The notes under the pieces are model-generated. The model was not told the DNA's origin, made no database searches, and was given only the letters and a program-made list of their open reading frames with translations. DNA of 32,000 nt from Acaryochloris marina S15 (GTDB lineage Bacteria > Cyanobacteriota > Cyanobacteriia > Thermosynechococcales > Thermosynechococcaceae). The stretch is from contig NZ_CP064923.1 of assembly GCF_018336915.1 (NCBI RefSeq), positions 930,001 to 962,000 of the forward strand. The letters run 5' to 3'. Below are positions 27,213 to 32,000 of the stretch, in pieces (position 1 is the first letter of the stretch; each line of letters opens with the position of its first letter). The position numbers and the translations under genes were made by a program.

Positions 27213-28376
27213 ATGGAGCATTTCTTCATGACAACTCCTCCCCCCCGTTCTGGCTATACTTTACCCGTCTTTGCTTGCGCTGCTGCGATCGCAGCTTTGC
27301 ATCACCTCTACGACTCCATCTCGCGATCCCAGGTAACCCTGGACTTAGTCAATCCTCAGCAATCCGTAGAGATCCTCATTGAACAGGTCTCAAGATTAGG
27401 ACCTGATCAAGCCCTAGCCATTACCCGTAGCGATCCCGGCGACAATTTAGATTTAACTCGATATACCCCGATTTGGGCCCTGGTGGAATGGGCTCCATCG
27501 GACCAAGCTGAATCGATTGTTCTCATCGGGGGAGAAGGCATTGGCATTAACCAAAACCAAGGCGATCAAGCGGCCATTTATAGCTATGCCCAACAGCTCC
27601 TGCACAGAAACTTAGGGCAACATCTGCAGCCGGGGGATCGAATTCGGGTCACCCTCATCCTGCCCGAGGGGCGGGCCTTAGCTAAACGCACCTCAAATGA
27701 AGCATTTGGGGTGGTTGAAGGATTGTCTCTTTTGGGAACGTCAGGTATCTCTCAGCCCTTGAGTGCCCCCCAGCAGCTGGAGCAATTTCGGATCGAGCTC
27801 CAACAGAAAGCGATGGATCAGAACCGTCTGGTGTTTTGTGTGGGTGAGAATGGCCTAGATATTGCCCGCACCTTAGGAATTCCTCCTGAAGTCCAGATCA
27901 AAACTGCTAACTGGTTGGGACCACTGTTAGTGGAAGCTGGGCTGCAAGGCGTCTCTTCTGTTCTATTACTGGGGTATCACGGCAAGCTGCTAAAGCTGGC
28001 GGGAGGGATTTTTCAGACTCACCACCATTTGGCCGATGCTCGCTTGGAGATTCTGACGGCCCATGCCGCCAATTTAGGACTCCCCTCTCCCCAAATTCAA
28101 TCCTTATTTTCTAGCCCCACCGCCGAGGCAGCGCTGCAATTCTTAATGAACTTAGATCATCAAACCCAGAGTCGTTGGGTAGAGGCAGTCTATGGGGCGA
28201 TTACGCAGGGAATCGATGTGCGATCGCAAACCTACATCCATACCCATTGTGATCACACCGTCCAGGTGGGTTCTGCACTCTTTAACCGTAGCCGCCAACT
28301 GTTTGCGGTCAGCGCTTTCGGTACCTCTTTACTGAAGCGTTTTGTCAGCAACCCCCAGATTGACTTAAACTTGTAA
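27213..28376 (+). CDS. cbiD: Cobalt-precorrin-5B (C1)-methyltransferase CbiD
   Basis: 387 aa. N-terminal RSGYTLPVFACAAAIAAL and the GGEGIG block are typical of CbiD. The start is ambiguous between ATG 27213 and ATG 27228. Confidence 0.82.
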   Translation: MEHFFMTTPPPRSGYTLPVFACAAAIAALHHLYDSISRSQVTLDLVNPQQSVEILIEQVSRLGPDQALAITRSDPGDNLDLTRYTPIWALVEWAPSDQAESIVLIGGEGIGINQNQGDQAAIYSYAQQLLHRNLGQHLQPGDRIRVTLILPEGRALAKRTSNEAFGVVEGLSLLGTSGISQPLSAPQQLEQFRIELQQKAMDQNRLVFCVGENGLDIARTLGIPPEVQIKTANWLGPLLVEAGLQGVSSVLLLGYHGKLLKLAGGIFQTHHHLADARLEILTAHAANLGLPSPQIQSLFSSPTAEAALQFLMNLDHQTQSRWVEAVYGAITQGIDVRSQTYIHTHCDHTVQVGSALFNRSRQLFAVSAFGTSLLKRFVSNPQIDLNL

Positions 28377-28521
28377 GAATATTTATACCTATTTTTAAAG
28401 CCTCCACATATATTCTTCCATCGCTAGTTATCCATACCTCGGGTTCTAGGGTTTTCTAATTTTTTTGGTTTAACTGTTCTATCCAAACCCTGCCCCCTCA
28501 TCATTCAAAGGGATATCTTCC

Positions 28522-30147
28522 GTGCCTTCTCAGACCCAGCAACCTCTTTCTGCTCATCCCGAGGACTCCACCTTTGCCCAGACCCCCGTCGATCGGCAAA
28601 TGATTGTCATTCTTGATTTTGGCTCCCAGTACTCTGAACTGATCGCTCGTCGCATTCGAGAGACTCAAGTCTACTCAGAAGTATTGTCTTATCGCACATC
28701 CATTGAGCAGTTGCAACAGCTTAATCCCAAGGGCATTATCCTGTCTGGTGGTCCTAATTCTGTCTATGCCCAGCATGCCCCTGCTTGTGATCCTGAGATT
28801 TGGAACCTGGGTATTCCCGTTTTAGGGGTTTGCTATGGCATGCAGCTGATGGTGCAACAGCTCGGGGGGCAGGTAGAAGCCTCCGATGCAGCCGAATATG
28901 GAAAAGCCTCCCTGGTTATTGATGACCCCACGGACTTGCTGACCAACGTCGACGATCAAACCATCATGTGGATGAGTCATGGAGATTCCGTGACTGCTCT
29001 ACCGGACGGGTTTAAGGTTCTAGCTCACACCACCAACACCCCCCAAGCTGCCGTTGCTAATCATGACCGCCAGCTCTACGGTGTGCAGTTCCATCCAGAG
29101 GTGGTGCACTCTCAAGGGGGACAGGCCCTCATTTGTAACTTTGTCTATCACATTTGTGAATGTGAACCGACTTGGACCACAGAAGCCTTTGTAGAAGAAG
29201 CCATTCGCGAAGTTCGGGCCAAAGTTGGGGATAAGAAAGTATTACTTGCCCTCTCTGGTGGCGTTGACTCTTCAACCCTAGCCTTTCTCCTTCATAAGGC
29301 CATTGGCGATAATTTAACCTGCATGTTCATTGACCAAGGGTTTATGCGCAAGCTGGAACCTGAACGGCTAGTGAAGCTATTCCGAGATCAATTTCATATC
29401 CCTGTGGAATATGTGATGGCTCGCGAACGGTTTTTAGAACGGCTGAATGACATCACCGATCCTGAGGTAAAACGCAAACGGATTGGCCACGAATTCATCC
29501 AAGTCTTTGAAGAAGAATCAAGGCGTCTAGGACCCTTCGACTATCTGGCCCAGGGCACCCTCTATCCTGATGTGATTGAATCTGCAGATACCAATGTAGA
29601 CCCAGCTACAGGCGAACGAGTGGCCGTCAAAATTAAGAGTCACCACAACGTCGGTGGGCTACCGAAAGATCTGCGATTTAAGTTGGTCGAGCCTCTGCGG
29701 AAGCTATTTAAAGACGAAGTTCGCAAGGTAGGCCGCTCCCTGGGGTTACCGGAAGAGATTGTCAATCGCCATCCGTTTCCTGGCCCCGGCTTAGCCATTC
29801 GAATTATTGGGGAAGTTACAGCAGAGCGTCTCAATATTCTGCGGGATGCTGATTTAATTGTGCGCCAAGAAGTCAATCGGTCTGGAAACTATAGTGAATT
29901 TTGGCAAGCCTTTGCGGTTTTATTGCCCGTCCGTAGCGTCGGGGTAATGGGGGATCAGCGCACCTATGCTTACCCAGTGGTGCTGCGGTTTGTCTCTAGT
30001 GAAGATGGCATGACCGCAGACTGGTCTCGTGCCCCCTACGAACTCCTAGAAACGATTTCCAACCGCATTGTCAATGAGGTGAAGGGTGTGAATCGAGTCG
30101 CCTACGATATCACCTCCAAACCCCCTGGCACCATCGAATGGGAATAG
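28522..30147 (+). CDS. guaA: GMP synthase (glutamine-hydrolysing)
   Basis: 541 aa. GATase-1 domain ([31 protein letters not shown]), ATP-PPase P-loop SGGVDSS, and the C-terminal dimerisation block ([12 protein letters not shown]...KPPGTIEWE). GTG start with an N-terminal extension as in other cyanobacteria. Confidence 0.93.
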   Translation: MPSQTQQPLSAHPEDSTFAQTPVDRQMIVILDFGSQYSELIARRIRETQVYSEVLSYRTSIEQLQQLNPKGIILSGGPNSVYAQHAPACDPEIWNLGIPVLGVCYGMQLMVQQLGGQVEASDAAEYGKASLVIDDPTDLLTNVDDQTIMWMSHGDSVTALPDGFKVLAHTTNTPQAAVANHDRQLYGVQFHPEVVHSQGGQALICNFVYHICECEPTWTTEAFVEEAIREVRAKVGDKKVLLALSGGVDSSTLAFLLHKAIGDNLTCMFIDQGFMRKLEPERLVKLFRDQFHIPVEYVMARERFLERLNDITDPEVKRKRIGHEFIQVFEEESRRLGPFDYLAQGTLYPDVIESADTNVDPATGERVAVKIKSHHNVGGLPKDLRFKLVEPLRKLFKDEVRKVGRSLGLPEEIVNRHPFPGPGLAIRIIGEVTAERLNILRDADLIVRQEVNRSGNYSEFWQAFAVLLPVRSVGVMGDQRTYAYPVVLRFVSSEDGMTADWSRAPYELLETISNRIVNEVKGVNRVAYDITSKPPGTIEWE

Positions 30148-30233
30148 AGAATCTAGCTATTTTTACTGTGTTTCGTCAAGCCTGTCCACAAGGGCCGATA
30201 ATAGTGCTATTCAGTACAATGACACGTTAGAAC

Positions 30234-30545
30234 ATGGCTAGTGGTGAAACCACAACTCAATCGAGTGATTCCTTAGACGAGATACAACGCATCGTTTATG
30301 CGCAGGCCCAGCAATCCGAAGGAGATTCTGCTGAGTTACTACAGTTGCTGCGCTTGCTAGAAGCGATGCATCAACGCATTAGGGAAGACTTATTTATCAA
30401 GACCTTACCCACCAATCGACAAGCGCTACATAAGTTGCTCCGGGAAATAGAAGCCAAGGGAGGATGGCCTTATATTCCTCGGATGCGCTTAAAATCCCTG
30501 ATGGCAAATCTTTATGCGGAGGAAGCGACTCAAGACCTGGAGTAA
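30234..30545 (+). CDS. Hypothetical protein (103 aa, helical)
   Basis: ATG-initiated ORF with coding-like composition and no overlap. No family recognised. Confidence 0.5.
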   Translation: MASGETTTQSSDSLDEIQRIVYAQAQQSEGDSAELLQLLRLLEAMHQRIREDLFIKTLPTNRQALHKLLREIEAKGGWPYIPRMRLKSLMANLYAEEATQDLE

Positions 30546-30575
30546 TGAGTTGTTATGGCTTCTCTACTAGAGCAA

Positions 30576-32000
30576 CTAAAGCACGGATGCTGACTTCAAT
30601 AAAACGTTCACTTTGCGCAATAGATCCTCTGGTTGCAGAGACTTAAGTAAATAAGCATCTGCACCCAGACTCAAATACCGCTGATGATCTTTGGAAATCC
30701 CTTCCTGGGTCAGGACGATGATTTTGGTCTTATCCGTGCCAGGCAGCTCCCTCAAGCGACGAATTAAACTCAGACAGCCTTGAGCTGGCAACTGGGCATC
30801 CACAATGACGGCAATCGGCTGTAACAAGCGGATTTGGTCAATGGCAGCTGAGGCTTCAACCATCCAAATCACCTGATAGTTCGCTGCCGTCAACATATCG
30901 CACAGCAGCGTCGCATCCTCTTCATGGCCTTCTATCAGCACAATGCGTCCTGCTGATAAGGGTTGGGAAGAGGCTTCTTGCTGAAATAATGCCGATTGAT
31001 TCGGTAACTGCACCGTAAAGATCGACCCTTGCCCCTCCTCTGAACTCACATCAATCCAGCCTTGATGCAGGGTCACACATTGCTGGGCTAAGGCCAGTCC
31101 CAATCCAGCCCCTTCATAGGTGCGATGATAGGACGCATCTAACTGCTGAAACTTTTCAAACAGATGAGGAAGCTGACTGGGAGAAATACCAATGCCCGTG
31201 TCTTCTACCTGAAACACAACGGTATTGGTTTCTACCCATACGCGCAACTTCACCTTCCCCCCCATCGGCGTAAATTTAATGGCGTTATCAATCAGACTGA
31301 TCAGGATCTGCTGGACTCGACGCAAGTCAGCAATAAATCGATCCCGCTCTGGGGGAATCTTCAAATTAGCTTTGAGCTGCACTTGATGGGCATCCGCCTT
31401 ATCTCGCATGACTTGCAAGAGCTGTTGAATCAGGGTGGTGAGGGAAAAATCACTGATGTTGAGAGTGGCTTTACCTGATTGCACATGGGAGAAGTCAAGA
31501 ATGTCATTGATCAGCTCCAGCAGATGTTCACCGCTGTCATGAATCGTTTGTAAGCAACTCCGTTGTTTATCCGTCAATGGCCCTAAAGACCAGCGCAGCA
31601 GGGTGGCTGACATCCCAATTACACAGGTTAGCGGCGTGCGTAACTCATGGTTCATGGTCGCCAGGAAGTCAGTTTTGGCCTGATTGGAAGATTGGGCTGC
31701 GAGCAGTGCGGCCTGGAGTTCTTGGGTGCGGTGTTCCACCTGCTCGTCTAAGGTTTTCTTATGTTGCTGAACTTGATCATGCAAAGCAGCCTGATGGATG
31801 GCAATCGATATATGGGCAGCAATGCGCTTGAGTAAATCTTGTTCTTGAGCATGCCATTGCCGAGGCTGAAGGCATTGGTGAGCAATGCACAATCCCCAGA
31901 GTCCAGATTTGACCAAGATCGGGGTAACTAACAATGCCCTGACTTGAATAGAGTCTAGAACAGTAGCTAAGCTCTCAGAGACAGAATCATTTTGCAGAAC
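30576..32000 (-). CDS. Hybrid sensor histidine kinase (GAF, HisKA, HATPase_c, C-terminal receiver), 5' partial
   Basis: H-box MNHELRTPL, N box LIDNAIKFT, G boxes EDTGIGI and GAGLGLAL, then a receiver domain (VIVDAQLP...IIVLT...GADAYLLK). The frame stays open past TTG 31934 to base 32000, and the sequence there reads as the end of a GAF domain (LWGL.IAHQC..PRQW), so the gene continues beyond the window. Confidence 0.88.
   Translation of the reverse strand, partial: VLQNDSVSESLATVLDSIQVRALLVTPILVKSGLWGLCIAHQCLQPRQWHAQEQDLLKRIAAHISIAIHQAALHDQVQQHKKTLDEQVEHRTQELQAALLAAQSSNQAKTDFLATMNHELRTPLTCVIGMSATLLRWSLGPLTDKQRSCLQTIHDSGEHLLELINDILDFSHVQSGKATLNISDFSLTTLIQQLLQVMRDKADAHQVQLKANLKIPPERDRFIADLRRVQQILISLIDNAIKFTPMGGKVKLRVWVETNTVVFQVEDTGIGISPSQLPHLFEKFQQLDASYHRTYEGAGLGLALAQQCVTLHQGWIDVSSEEGQGSIFTVQLPNQSALFQQEASSQPLSAGRIVLIEGHEEDATLLCDMLTAANYQVIWMVEASAAIDQIRLLQPIAVIVDAQLPAQGCLSLIRRLRELPGTDKTKIIVLTQEGISKDHQRYLSLGADAYLLKSLQPEDLLRKVNVLLKSASVL

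Overview
This looks like a chromosomal segment of a cyanobacterium. The evidence is at least 13 copies of the HIP1 octamer GCGATCGC, plus psb27, a ycf46-like AAA+ ATPase and a SigF-type group-3 sigma factor. Most of the window is tightly packed housekeeping DNA: purK, glpD, gpsA, a cysteine desulfurase, aspS, tsaB, tatA, psb27, cbiD and guaA. It also carries signalling genes (a 7TM-PAS-GGDEF cyclase and a hybrid histidine kinase) and envelope genes (an initiating sugar transferase, a CDF transporter and a BI-1 family protein). I found no CRISPR array, rRNA, transposase, integrase or recognisable defence or biosynthetic cluster. Four places do not look ordinary. (1) A patch between tRNA-Gly(UCC) and aspS (about 18.6-22.7 kb) holds a coupled pair of small genes with no recognisable family, fronted by a perfect 24-bp palindrome, plus a secreted esterase and a pure LRR protein. 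(2) A tandem pair of paralogous genes of unknown function lies at 9.6-11.0 kb. (3) A 1.17-kb ORF-poor gap separates two convergent genes at 1.3-2.5 kb. (4) The GGDEF gene is translationally coupled to a gamma-glutamylcyclotransferase-like gene. tatA (54 aa) is absent from the supplied ORF track and was read by hand. All functional calls rest on motif and family recognition by eye; no searches were run.
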